A stretch of DNA of 64,000 nt, taken from the NCBI GenBank assembly GCA_039807095.1, contig JBDHQM010000005.1, positions 39,033 to 103,032 on the forward strand, given 5' to 3'. The translations under genes and the position numbers were made by a program. Each line of letters opens with the position of its first letter. Position 1 is the stretch's first letter. Of the stretch, positions 11,493-20,359 are shown one piece after another. Below the pieces are notes generated by a model, which worked only from the letters and a program-made list of their open reading frames with translations, was not told where the DNA came from and searched no databases. Origin of the DNA: Kiritimatiellia bacterium (GTDB lineage: Bacteria; Verrucomicrobiota; Kiritimatiellia; CAIVKH01).

Positions 11493-11712
11493 AGCCGGAG
11501 ACTCGCAGCGGCTTCATTGGTCTGGCCCTCCTTCGCCCCGCGTGGCGCGGGGACTCCGGCGGGCAGCCTACGCTCTTCGCTGCGAGAAATCTCATCGAAG
11601 ATAGGAAATTTGAAAGAGCGGGAAATATCCCGAAAGACGTTGAAAACAGGGATGTTACGTGCGGTTTTGGCGGAAACGGCAAAATAGTAAATTTGGGGGC
11701 CAAAACATGGAA

Positions 11713-11781
11713 AATATCATCAGTTTAGTAAAAATGACCTGGGTTTTTCTCGGACGTTGCAACGGGCTTGCAATCGGGTTG
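11713..11781 (+). repeat. Left terminal motifs (putative transposase-binding sites)
   Basis: AATATCATCAGTTTAGTAAAAA (11713-11734) matches the reverse complement of 41474-41495 at 21/22; TTGCA-N7-TGCAA motif matches 41399-41424. Confidence 0.8.
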
Positions 11782-12303
11782 CCGGGGGGCGGCACGCATA
11801 GGCATGCGGCGGCCCTGCATGGTGCTGTCCCAGGGTAAAAGCGGGAGCCGATCAAGCTGCCTGACGTGGGTGTCGAGCGCCTGAAAAACTTTCCAAAGGA
11901 GGCGAGCTGGGGTGGTCTCGATGGTTTTGGGGAGACCCATTTGGGCATAGGTCGCGCGCGCGTAATCCCATGTGTGTTTGGTAAACGGGTCCAGCTCATC
12001 GAGGTCGCTCAGGCGTTTTTTAATGAGGTAGCGCATACGCCGTTCGTCGCCCTGAGAGAGGCGATCTATCCAATATTTATCGTCTGCTATGATGGCAAAA
12101 TGCAGCATCACCTCATCAAAATCAGACACCTGATTGAGCTCTTTCGTGGTGTACGTCCCCACGCTCTCCATGAGGTTTTGCCTGTACCACGCATCACGCG
12201 CGGCGCGATCGAATCGGCGGCGGCCCGTGCGGTTGCAGTGGACATGCCAGGCGCGCTCTACGAGTGGCCTAAAATGAGCCTGTTGTGGACCTGAAAACCC
12301 CAT
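11725..12303 (-). CDS. Phage protein, possibly GemA/Mu gp16-like
   Basis: YRQNL...TTKELNQ..FDEVM.HF pattern; last gene of early operon. Confidence 0.5.
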   Translation of the reverse strand: MGFSGPQQAHFRPLVERAWHVHCNRTGRRRFDRAARDAWYRQNLMESVGTYTTKELNQVSDFDEVMLHFAIIADDKYWIDRLSQGDERRMRYLIKKRLSDLDELDPFTKHTWDYARATYAQMGLPKTIETTPARLLWKVFQALDTHVRQLDRLPLLPWDSTMQGRRMPMRAAPRQPDCKPVATSEKNPGHFY

Positions 12304-12676
12304 GCGGCATCTCCTGAATCAAGGTTGGAAAAATCAACTGCCCGGAGTCTCTTTCAGCGATTGCTGGCGGCGATTTGAACGTGCGGCGCACTTCTGAGCG
12401 GCGGCGTTCCAGCGCGCGAACACGGCTCAATTCGGCGATGGCATGTTTTCGCAGAGAATGTTTGAACTCCAGCCATTCCGCAGTCGTCGCGTGTTCGATG
12501 TGCTTGAAGCCTTTTTGCGATGATGAAATCGCGCAGGTTGACACGAGGCCGCCCCGCCTATTTAAGGCCCTCAGCGAGCGCTCCCGAATGTCGAAATGCG
12601 CACACAACGCCTTGGCCCGTACCCAATCTTTGCGGGCGTACAAATAGGCCTCAATTTGTGCGGCATCGACAGTCAT
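12269..12676 (-). CDS. Phage winged-HTH protein
   Basis: WVRAKALCAHFDIRERSLR ... ISSSQKGF. Confidence 0.55.
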   Translation of the reverse strand: MTVDAAQIEAYLYARKDWVRAKALCAHFDIRERSLRALNRRGGLVSTCAISSSQKGFKHIEHATTAEWLEFKHSLRKHAIAELSRVRALERRRSEVRRTFKSPPAIAERDSGQLIFPTLIQEMPHGVFRSTTGSF

Positions 12677-12677
12677 C

Positions 12678-12776
12678 TTAACGACATATTAAGAGGTGGT
12701 ACATCCCGACGGAAAAGATCGACCAAAACAGCGCCAATAACCCGACGCCAGCCAGCAAAAAAAGGGTGTCTTTCAT
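12678..12776 (-). CDS. Small single-TM phage protein (32 aa)
   Basis: MKDTLFLLAGVGLLALFWSIFSVG; ATGA overlap with upstream gene. Confidence 0.45.
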   Translation of the reverse strand: MKDTLFLLAGVGLLALFWSIFSVGMYHLLICR

Positions 12777-13225
12777 GCCCCGACATCTCCCTTTTTCGTC
12801 TCGAATTGCACGCGAGGCTGCGACTTGGTTTCGCACAGTCGAATGAGCGCGGCGGCGCCTTTCGGCATGACCGAACGCGCGAGCGCTCGGAAATCCGGCT
12901 TGAGCTTCCAAGCCGGGGCGCTATCAAAAAGCGAGTTGAAATAAACGCCCGCTGCTTTGCGCACCTTCTCTGTTGTAGGCCCCGCACCCGGAATAGAATT
13001 TTTGAGCGCAGGCGCCGGGAACTGAACTCTAGCCACACAACCATCCGCACCTGACGCCTCCCACGAAGTGCCGTCGCCATCTGTTGGGACATGATCCTCC
13101 TGGCGCGTTTCCGCCTCAGCAATGAGGGCTCTTTTCAACTCCTTCAACTCTGTTTCCAACTCGCGAATCTCGCGATCCAAGGCGACGGCCCGCGTGACGA
13201 GTTCTCCAATTTTCTTGTCGTTCAT
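12773..13225 (-). CDS. Phage early protein with N-terminal coiled coil
   Basis: Tight operon coupling after MuB; heptad pattern. Confidence 0.65.
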   Translation of the reverse strand: MNDKKIGELVTRAVALDREIRELETELKELKRALIAEAETRQEDHVPTDGDGTSWEASGADGCVARVQFPAPALKNSIPGAGPTTEKVRKAAGVYFNSLFDSAPAWKLKPDFRALARSVMPKGAAALIRLCETKSQPRVQFETKKGDVGA

Positions 13226-13228
13226 ATC

Positions 13229-14269
13229 TTAATCCTCGCCCATCATCTGCTTGCGCAGGGCAATGGCTTTGTGGACGTGAGACTCATCTAACTTCGCCTT
13301 TTCCTGATGGGCGATGCGCGACGCCACTTTGAGCGTTTCCGTGAGGATTCCCAACCGGCCCGGCGCGTTGGCGATGGCGAGCATATGTGCCATGAATTGT
13401 TCGCTTGGTCGGCGAATGTACTGAGCGAGAATCGGATCAATGTCTCGCGCCCGGATTTTTTTACGCAGCCGAATGGGCATTCCGATTCGACCGATGATTT
13501 GTTCGTACTGATATTCAGATTTCACCATCTGATCTTTGAACCGCTGCGTTGCGATCATCGCGAGGGCGCAGCCACGGCCATCGGCATAGAGATCGCGCAA
13601 AATTTCGAGCGCGACTGGCATTGAACGATAGTCCGACGGGACTAACCGGTGCGCCTCATCCACAATCAAAATTCGGTTCCGATTAAAGGCGCGCGCGATG
13701 GCTTCGTACATCTGAACCGTGTTCAGGTTCTTATTCACCCCCACGGCGTCTGCGATTCTGCGCATAAACATTTTCACGCCGCCAGTTGGCGGTGCGACTA
13801 CGTACACACTGGTCCCGTGGTTGTTTGCGTCGCGCCAGCGCAGCGCACTCACGGTCTTCCCCATGCGCGACTCTCCGACGATCAGCGTTATAGAGTTGTT
13901 CGCAAGCGCATAGTCCAGCCCGGCGGAAATCATCTTTGTGATGGCGTTATCCACGATCTCGTTTGTTTGGATTGTGGCGCGTTTTTCGGCGATGCGGCGG
14001 TAACTGCGAATTGCTTTCGTAATGTTCTCCCACGATCCTTCATAGGTGCCCTTGAGCGCGCGGAAGATGGTGGACCTATCGTATCCAATGGCTTCGCAGG
14101 CATCTGCCCATTCCAAGCGCTGATCTAGGATATGCTGATGGAACCATAGGAGATCCTCCTGCACAGTTTCCGGCAGTGGTTTCCAGTTTTCCATGTTCAA
14201 CGGCACATTGACGCGCGCGTGCGCGGATGCTGCGGTATTACTTTCGAGCTGCTCTTGTTTCGTCGTCAT
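13229..14269 (-). CDS. MuB-like AAA+ transposition ATPase
   Basis: Walker A GESRMGKT, Walker B ILIVDEAH, N-terminal HTH (ALKGTYEG); ATGA overlap with transposase. Confidence 0.9.
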   Translation of the reverse strand: MTTKQEQLESNTAASAHARVNVPLNMENWKPLPETVQEDLLWFHQHILDQRLEWADACEAIGYDRSTIFRALKGTYEGSWENITKAIRSYRRIAEKRATIQTNEIVDNAITKMISAGLDYALANNSITLIVGESRMGKTVSALRWRDANNHGTSVYVVAPPTGGVKMFMRRIADAVGVNKNLNTVQMYEAIARAFNRNRILIVDEAHRLVPSDYRSMPVALEILRDLYADGRGCALAMIATQRFKDQMVKSEYQYEQIIGRIGMPIRLRKKIRARDIDPILAQYIRRPSEQFMAHMLAIANAPGRLGILTETLKVASRIAHQEKAKLDESHVHKAIALRKQMMGED

Positions 14270-16317
14270 TCGTCCTCCTCGTCCTTCTTTGTGCTGAATA
14301 GTGTGGCTATTTCTTCGTCTGAGAATTGCGTCGGCGTCTCCTCGGCATCCCGCGACGTGATTGCGGCAAAGTCGTGCGCTGTGGTGCGCATTTCGGCGAT
14401 TTCTGCGGCGCGGGCTTTTTCTCCCGGCGTGATGGGCGCGCCGCGCAAAACAGCGCTGTTGTGCTGTGCGGCGGCGATGCGCTGGCGCGTGAGATCGGCA
14501 CCGCGCCGAGCGACGGGGCGCAACAATTCTTTCTCGATCTTTGCGGCGGCACCCATTTGGCGATGCAACGCGTCCACGTCGAGCTTCTCCACTGTTTCCC
14601 ATCGCGGTGCAACGCCCAAGAATTGGATGCCGGCCGGTGTCTCTTGTGAGACGAACAATTGATCCACGGCGAATGGGTTGGCGTGTACCAAATAGGTTTG
14701 TTTCGGTGAAAGCAGAAGCTCTCGCCCGCGCGGTGAGACCACTTGTGCAAGATAGCGATGAATGCCGGGGCCAAGCTCGCGGTCCTCGAATTCGAACAGA
14801 TGGTTGTCGCCCACGAGTCGGGCAACGGCAAGATCCCGCCCGAGGATAGCGGCGACATGCTGCGCACCGATTTTCACGAGTGCACCGGAACCGCGCTCCC
14901 ACACCTCAGCCGGACTCATGCGGCGGCAATGCACATGCCCGGCTCGGCCAATCACCGAATCCACGAGAACGCGCTTCTCCGGGGGTAACTCGGAAATCAT
15001 TTGCATCGGCAGCCACGGGCCATCCACCGTGAGCCGAAACTCATTAATGAGGAATCCGGCCGCCTCCCAGCCCTCCAGCTTGTGCTCCGTGCGGTGGTTG
15101 ATGCGGTCATAGATTTCATCACAAAGCTGGTGAAATTGAACCCACGGAATGAACGGAAGTTCCAGCAGCGCCGCGCGCTCCGGTGGAAGCGCAGCGACGG
15201 CTTGAATCAGCGCGTTGTTGTGGCGGTCTCGACCGTGCAGCTCCTCCGGCGCGTGGTCGCGGTCTTTGCCCATCTGTCCAGGCAACGCTGCCAGCTCGTT
15301 GTGTACGAGATTATGATGTGATTCGAGCGCGGCCTTGAACCGGGAGTTGCCGCGTGAGCGCCCCTCGAACACGCCCGCAAAGGCCGCTGCGCCTTCGCGT
15401 CCGGAGCGCTCCACTCGCACCGCGCCATCAGTCGCGTCCAGAATGATTTGCTCCATATCCGGGCGGATCGCCGCCGTGCCGCGCTCCACCATCAGCACCG
15501 TGCCCTCAGGGCGATACCCGATGTTGTGCAACACATGCGCAACTAAAAAGCGCATGTCGCGTTCCTTGATTTTTTGCTTTGCGCTCTCATCGTCAAGCAC
15601 CGTGGGCTTGAGGCCATATGCGACCTTGCAGCCGGAGAGCAGATCAATGCAGGACAGCTCCAACGGCCGCATTGCCTGGCGGTTCACCCCGAGGAAATTC
15701 ACCTTGTGGTCGTGCTCCACGTCGTCGAACACATACACCTGCCCGCAGGCGAGACCCACGCGAGTTGTGAACACAAGCGGGCGGAATGGAGCGGCCGCGC
15801 TGCGCCCCTGCCGCGCCGCGCGAAGCTCGAACGAGGACGGCGCATAGCGCATCAGGTTGGGATAGGTGCAGCCTTTGGGCAGTTGAGATTGCGAGCGTTT
15901 CCCCGGAAGACCGGGGATAGCCTCGCCGCCGAAATAGGCGCGCTTGAAGATGCGAAATGCCGCCTTGCAACTGCGCTGATTGCGCTCGCACAGCCCGCGC
16001 CAATAGTCCACGAACTCCGGCGAAAGTTCCGACTCCATCGCCCGGACGCGTGTCTTGTTCACCAACACCCAGAAATCACGATCACTCTTGCGCCAGCGGG
16101 AATAGAGGTTTTTGAGATGGGACGCAGAACACGAGAACCGGTGTGCCGCATCTTCGAAAAAACCGCCCTTGCTCCCATGCAGGGCGGCATCCGCCGCCTG
16201 GAATAACGCCTCCAACCCCTCCGCCTCAATACGGACATCCTGCGGCAGTGAATAGCGATCAATCCGCGACTCTGCAACCGCCATTGCCCGCGCCCGCTGG
16301 AGTTGGTGCGCCGCCAT
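14266..16317 (-). CDS. MuA-like transposase
   Basis: VFDD...CIDLLSG...LMVERG...KAALES..N core; directly upstream of MuB. Confidence 0.85.
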   Translation of the reverse strand: MAAHQLQRARAMAVAESRIDRYSLPQDVRIEAEGLEALFQAADAALHGSKGGFFEDAAHRFSCSASHLKNLYSRWRKSDRDFWVLVNKTRVRAMESELSPEFVDYWRGLCERNQRSCKAAFRIFKRAYFGGEAIPGLPGKRSQSQLPKGCTYPNLMRYAPSSFELRAARQGRSAAAPFRPLVFTTRVGLACGQVYVFDDVEHDHKVNFLGVNRQAMRPLELSCIDLLSGCKVAYGLKPTVLDDESAKQKIKERDMRFLVAHVLHNIGYRPEGTVLMVERGTAAIRPDMEQIILDATDGAVRVERSGREGAAAFAGVFEGRSRGNSRFKAALESHHNLVHNELAALPGQMGKDRDHAPEELHGRDRHNNALIQAVAALPPERAALLELPFIPWVQFHQLCDEIYDRINHRTEHKLEGWEAAGFLINEFRLTVDGPWLPMQMISELPPEKRVLVDSVIGRAGHVHCRRMSPAEVWERGSGALVKIGAQHVAAILGRDLAVARLVGDNHLFEFEDRELGPGIHRYLAQVVSPRGRELLLSPKQTYLVHANPFAVDQLFVSQETPAGIQFLGVAPRWETVEKLDVDALHRQMGAAAKIEKELLRPVARRGADLTRQRIAAAQHNSAVLRGAPITPGEKARAAEIAEMRTTAHDFAAITSRDAEETPTQFSDEEIATLFSTKKDEEDE

Positions 16318-16318
16318 G

Positions 16319-17017
16319 CTATGCCTCCTTCAAGAACTTTTTCATCGCCGCCAGCACATCGTCTAGCACCTCGGCAATCGTGACGATTTCGGCGCGGCTC
16401 AACTCCATCCAGAGCGGGTCTTTTATCCCGATAGCGTTGATGGATTTGTAGAGCTGCCCCCAATCCCGCTTCGCCGCCTCCCGCTTGATGCGCAGCCGCT
16501 CCTCCGGCGGAATGTCGCGCCGTCCGTTATACCCCCCCACCGCCTTCGGCTCTTTGATGATGCCCAGCTCGATGTACCATTCGCGCAACGACTGACCGTC
16601 CGTGGCTTTGGCGAGTGTTTCGATGAGGGCCGCGCGGTTTTTCTCAGGCAATTCAGAAGGCGCGACGGAGAAGAGGTTTTCCAAAAACGACACGTGTGTC
16701 GTTTTTGTGCAGAGTTTCTTAATCCCCTCTGCAAGGGCCATGTATCGCTGTGCCGTGCGCGTGGTAAACGGAATGGACGCTTCCACCCAACGCTCAAACT
16801 CGCCGTGTGGCAGTTCTGCCCGTGCCGCCTGCAATTCCAGCCCGGCTAAGGCGGCATGGACGGATGCCATGACGGCGTGCTGGCCTGCCGCCTCGTGGTG
16901 GCGGATGATTTCTTTTGTGCGGCCTTCAATGTCGCGCGCTGGCGTGAGGGCCAGCGCGCGGGTTTTGCGACCGCGCTGCATCTTGGACGGGGGCGGGATG
17001 AGGTCGGCTTTGCTCAT
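16319..17017 (-). CDS. DUF3102-like phage protein
   Basis: GLEL.AAR.ELPHGEFERWVE...TRTAQRYM. Confidence 0.75.
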   Translation of the reverse strand: MSKADLIPPPSKMQRGRKTRALALTPARDIEGRTKEIIRHHEAAGQHAVMASVHAALAGLELQAARAELPHGEFERWVEASIPFTTRTAQRYMALAEGIKKLCTKTTHVSFLENLFSVAPSELPEKNRAALIETLAKATDGQSLREWYIELGIIKEPKAVGGYNGRRDIPPEERLRIKREAAKRDWGQLYKSINAIGIKDPLWMELSRAEIVTIAEVLDDVLAAMKKFLKEA

Positions 17018-17211
17018 GCCATCACCTCTTCCCGTGTGAGCATGGTGGCGGCGGCGCGGGCGGCGAGGGCGGCGCGGCGTTTTTCTGAAATGCGCCGGGT
17101 GAGGGTTAGCATCGTCAAGTTCTCATCCTCTCGGCGGATGCGCGCGCGCGTGTCTTTGGCGCGCTCGTTTGTGAAGTCGCGATTGGTTGCGATGGGCGTG
17201 GGTGTCTTCAT
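17014..17211 (-). CDS. Hypothetical phage protein
   Basis: ATGA overlaps at both ends. Confidence 0.5.
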   Translation of the reverse strand: MKTPTPIATNRDFTNERAKDTRARIRREDENLTMLTLTRRISEKRRAALAARAAATMLTREEVMA

Positions 17212-17444
17212 TTCGTTCCTGCTCCTTGCTGTTGCTGTTGACGTTGGGCGTCGCGCTCGGCCTGTGCGCGCTCGGCGTGAATGGGGATCAAGTCACACAA
17301 AATGCGCGTGCAGCGCTGCTCGAATTGGGGATAGGCCGTGCGGATGGTTTCCACATCCGCAATCACGACCTCGATTTCTTCTGCCGTCATGTGTGCACCC
17401 CTTCCAGCCGATCCACCAAAAATTTCCGTATGGACGAGACCCAC
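17208..17444 (-). CDS. Hypothetical phage protein (start probably 17390)
   Basis: Operon coupling. Confidence 0.45.
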   Translation of the reverse strand: MGLVHTEIFGGSAGRGAHMTAEEIEVVIADVETIRTAYPQFEQRCTRILCDLIPIHAERAQAERDAQRQQQQQGAGTK

Positions 17445-17668
17445 ACGCGATATTCCGGCCGGGTTTCAGACGATCTCGCAATGTTGCTGGCGGCGAGGGT
17501 GCCATCCTGAATCAGGTTGTGGATGTGCTGGCGCGTGCAGCCGAGGATGGTTGCCGCCATCGAGACGGGGACCCGCTCACGCGAAACCGGAAGCGCATCC
17601 ACTGCGCGCTGCAACTGTGCAGGTGTCGGGTTCCACTGCGCAAAAAAATCGAGTTGATGCGCGGGCAT
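17387..17668 (-). CDS. Excisionase-like HTH_17 DNA-binding protein
   Basis: AATILGCTRQHIHNLIQDGTL. Confidence 0.75.
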   Translation of the reverse strand: MPAHQLDFFAQWNPTPAQLQRAVDALPVSRERVPVSMAATILGCTRQHIHNLIQDGTLAASNIARSSETRPEYRVWVSSIRKFLVDRLEGVHT

Positions 17669-17684
17669 GGTGTTAGGCCTCCTT

Positions 17685-18200
17685 TTATCGCCCCTCGATC
17701 AGCAAGCCGCGAAGCTGACGCTCATACGTGCGACAAGCGGAATTGGCCTTGTGCAATAGATCGAGGCGCGTAGCTATCACGTGGCGCTGTGGAGTCTCGA
17801 GCGCCTGTATATGCGAGCGCACCTCGCGGAGTGCATCGGCCTGGTGGGCAATTGTCCCGTAGAGATAATCGAGCGCGTGCCCGAGTGTCGAAACGCCGCC
17901 CGCGCTCTCCTTCTTCGCCTCAATGAGCGGTTCGAGCAGAGGCCGTAGAATGCGACGAAGGTATCCGGTGGCTAAATCCCGCGCCCAATCAGCCCTACTG
18001 TATAGCGTCCGCACATCTTCGATTATTACGCGGTCAAACACGTCCTGCGCGTCGTGGAGTTTTCCTAACGTTTTCCAGATGATGCCCAGCGAGGAGACGA
18101 TTTCATCGTGAAGACTGATGACCTCCCACAGCGCGAGCAGCGTTTCTTGCTTTGCGCGCTCCGGCGTGCCCGGTGCGGCGAGTTGTTGTTTCTTCGTCAT
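17685..18200 (-). CDS. Hypothetical phage protein
   Basis: RBS GAGGAG; 171 aa helical ORF. Confidence 0.6.
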   Translation of the reverse strand: MTKKQQLAAPGTPERAKQETLLALWEVISLHDEIVSSLGIIWKTLGKLHDAQDVFDRVIIEDVRTLYSRADWARDLATGYLRRILRPLLEPLIEAKKESAGGVSTLGHALDYLYGTIAHQADALREVRSHIQALETPQRHVIATRLDLLHKANSACRTYERQLRGLLIEGR

Positions 18201-18209
18201 GGTGTCTCC

Positions 18210-18413
18210 TCATTTATTTCGGTATCGCGAAAATTTGGGGATGTGCGCGCGGGCAGGGATGGTTGCAATTGCGCGCAGCAAGCGGTGGCTTTTTCTCTCG
18301 CCAGAAAGGACGCCCGCGAGGTGGCGATAATCCACCCCCAAAACTTCTGCCGCCGACCGGTACGAGTGCCTCTGCATTTTGAGCGTGTCTTTAGCTTGTT
18401 GGCGTGTCAACAT
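18210..18413 (-). CDS. Ner/Cro-like HTH regulator
   Basis: SYRSAAEVLGVDYRHLAGVLSGERKS; divergent from repressor. Confidence 0.75.
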   Translation of the reverse strand: MLTRQQAKDTLKMQRHSYRSAAEVLGVDYRHLAGVLSGERKSHRLLRAIATIPARAHIPKFSRYRNK

Positions 18414-18468
18414 GGCTAAACATCTACTTCACCGTAGATAAACAGTCAACAAAGAAAGTTTATTTTTT
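18414..18468. promoter_or_regulatory. Divergent early/repressor switch with operator-like palindrome
   Basis: ATCTAC-N6-GTAGAT (18422-18439); minus-strand TTGACT-N17-TAGATG ending 7 nt before the ATG. Confidence 0.55.
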
Positions 18469-18786
18469 GTGAAGTCTTTATCAGAGAGACTCGATATGTT
18501 GCGGATTGAGCGGCGCGCAACATGGAAAAGCCTCGCCGAAGATTTGGGAATCGGAGAGGTAATGATTCACTATATACGCTCTGGGAAGAGGCAGCCGTCG
18601 CTGAAGCTCCTCGCCAAAATTGAAACTGCAGAGAGAGAAGCTGGACTTGCGCCGCAAGTAGCGATGCGGCTGTCGAGTCCAGTTGTGACTAAATCACAGA
18701 GAAGGATACTGTCAGCGATTACACATGTGCGTGAGGCACTTGACGAACTAGAACAGGCTGTCGGCGGACTCAACGAGGGAGGCTGA
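18469..18786 (+). CDS. XRE-family HTH repressor
   Basis: LAEDLGIGEVMIHYIRSGKRQPS; no S24 peptidase domain. Confidence 0.75.
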   Translation: MKSLSERLDMLRIERRATWKSLAEDLGIGEVMIHYIRSGKRQPSLKLLAKIETAEREAGLAPQVAMRLSSPVVTKSQRRILSAITHVREALDELEQAVGGLNEGG

Positions 18787-18788
18787 TT

Positions 18789-19115
18789 ATGGAGAATGCA
18801 CCCGAAACCATTGCGGCCAAAACCCGCAGTTCGCTTACGACGACATATTTAGTGTTGGGGTTACTCACTGTTGGTTCGCTTGTTGTCTGCGCGATCGTTG
18901 GCTCCGCGACTGCGGCGCTTGTGGTTGTGGGGATCTTTGCTTCGGCGCTGTTGCTGTGCGTGGTTTTCGCGCGGCTCTATATTGCGCTGCACATTCTTGA
19001 GCAGCTTGAACGGCTTAGCCAGCGTCCAGTCAGAGAGCGAGAGACGCCGCCATCTCCGTCCGCGCCTGCTCCAACGTCGGATCGCAAGGTATATGTGATT
19101 GACGCTCCGGGCTGA
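18789..19115 (+). CDS. Two-TM membrane protein (lysogenic accessory)
   Basis: Hydrophobic segments; follows repressor. Confidence 0.6.
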   Translation: MENAPETIAAKTRSSLTTTYLVLGLLTVGSLVVCAIVGSATAALVVVGIFASALLLCVVFARLYIALHILEQLERLSQRPVRERETPPSPSAPAPTSDRKVYVIDAPG

Positions 19116-19117
19116 TT

Positions 19118-19488
19118 ATGACCCAAGAAAAACAGACGAACCAATCGCCACTCACGGATTATTTATTGACTCTGCTCGTTGTGTGCGCCGTGATCATTTC
19201 GTTCCAGAATGCGGCGATCCTCCGCGATGGGAAGCGAACGATTGAATTCAAAATTGAAAAGATAGACTCGCTTTATTCGCTCGACAATACACCAGTAATG
19301 GCTGGGAGATCGTGCAGATGGTCCCGTATAGCGGTGAGAGATACTCTCAGCGGTCGTATGAGTTGCTGATGCGCCGACGCCTGACGCTTGCCGAAATGCA
19401 GCGAAAACGCGAAGTCGAAAAAATATTCGAGAGCTTGGACCGCCAGATAGAAGCGGAACGCAAAGCCGCCACACCCAAGACGAATTAG
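19118..19488 (+). pseudogene. Membrane-anchored DUF4177-like protein split by a -1 frameshift
   Basis: Frame 0 EFKIEKI continues in the -1 frame as YTSNGWEIVQM...YELLMRR to TAG at 19488. Confidence 0.55.
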
Positions 19489-19755
19489 AAAATATTTTCG
19501 CCGTTCGGAACGCGACGCTCCGGGCTGAACGACGCCCCTGCTGGCGCGTGTGATGGGCTGGGTTCAAAACGGACACACTGTGTCCGATTTGGCTGTGTCT
19601 ATGGAGCCAATGGATTTCTGACGTTTTTTCGGCGTTTGCTCATTCTGCGCAACGCTGAATGAGTGCTCTTCGTCATAGCGTCCTCGGCAACAACGCGCGC
19701 CTGCCCGTTTCGGCGGGAGGCGCGCGGTTCTTTCGCGCGGCGTGGGGGCGCGGTC

Positions 19756-20127
19756 ATGGATTTTAGCGCGATGCCGATGCTGGTGTTGATGGGCGCGGTG
19801 GTCGTGACGCTGGCGGGCATTCTCTCGCTGGTGAGCAACGTTGTCGGGATTTGGGACCGCGTGCGCACAAAGCCGCCGCTGCATCGTCAGTTCGCCTCAC
19901 ACGACGACCTCTCGTCGGCCCGCGACGCGGTCCATAAACGTGTTGACGGGGTTGAGGGAGCTGTGGCGGAGCTCGTACAGCAGTTCCAACAAGACCGTCG
20001 CGACCAGGCGGCTGCGCGGCGCTACATCCACAAGCGCATCAACAAAATTCTTTACGGGCTGGCCCGCATATACGAACGCAGCGGATTGAATTCGGAGGAA
20101 CTCACGCGCGATGAAGCTGAAGATTGA
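19756..20127 (+). CDS. TM plus coiled-coil protein (Mu gp25/DUF2730-like)
   Basis: N-terminal TM; position before gp26/27/28-like genes. Confidence 0.55.
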   Translation: MDFSAMPMLVLMGAVVVTLAGILSLVSNVVGIWDRVRTKPPLHRQFASHDDLSSARDAVHKRVDGVEGAVAELVQQFQQDRRDQAAARRYIHKRINKILYGLARIYERSGLNSEELTRDEAED

Positions 20128-20359
20128 AATTCTCAACACGCTCTCGCAGATCGGCGACTATTTGATGCCGCAGCGGGCACTGCAAACGGAATTGCAAATC
20201 AGCCTGAGTCCGCCGCCGACTATGGCGGAGGTTGACCTGGCGGTGCGGCAGTTGGAGGGCGATGGCTACATCATCGGCGTCACCAATGCGCTCACGCAGC
20301 AGAAGCGTTGGAAAATTTCTGATCGGGGGCGCGCGGCGCTGGCGGAGGCGCAGGGATGA
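20111..20359 (+). CDS. Small winged-helix protein (Mu gp26-like)
   Basis: LEGDGYI...WKISDRGRAAL. Confidence 0.6.
   Translation: MKLKIEILNTLSQIGDYLMPQRALQTELQISLSPPPTMAEVDLAVRQLEGDGYIIGVTNALTQQKRWKISDRGRAALAEAQG

Noticed and set aside
14270-14902. Long N-terminal extension of MuB in the ORF track
   Set aside because: Overlaps the transposase; the real start is the ATGA-coupled 14269.
5803-19531. Shared 12-mer CCGGGCTGAACG
   Set aside because: Exact 12-mer matches are expected by chance in 64 kb of GC-rich DNA.
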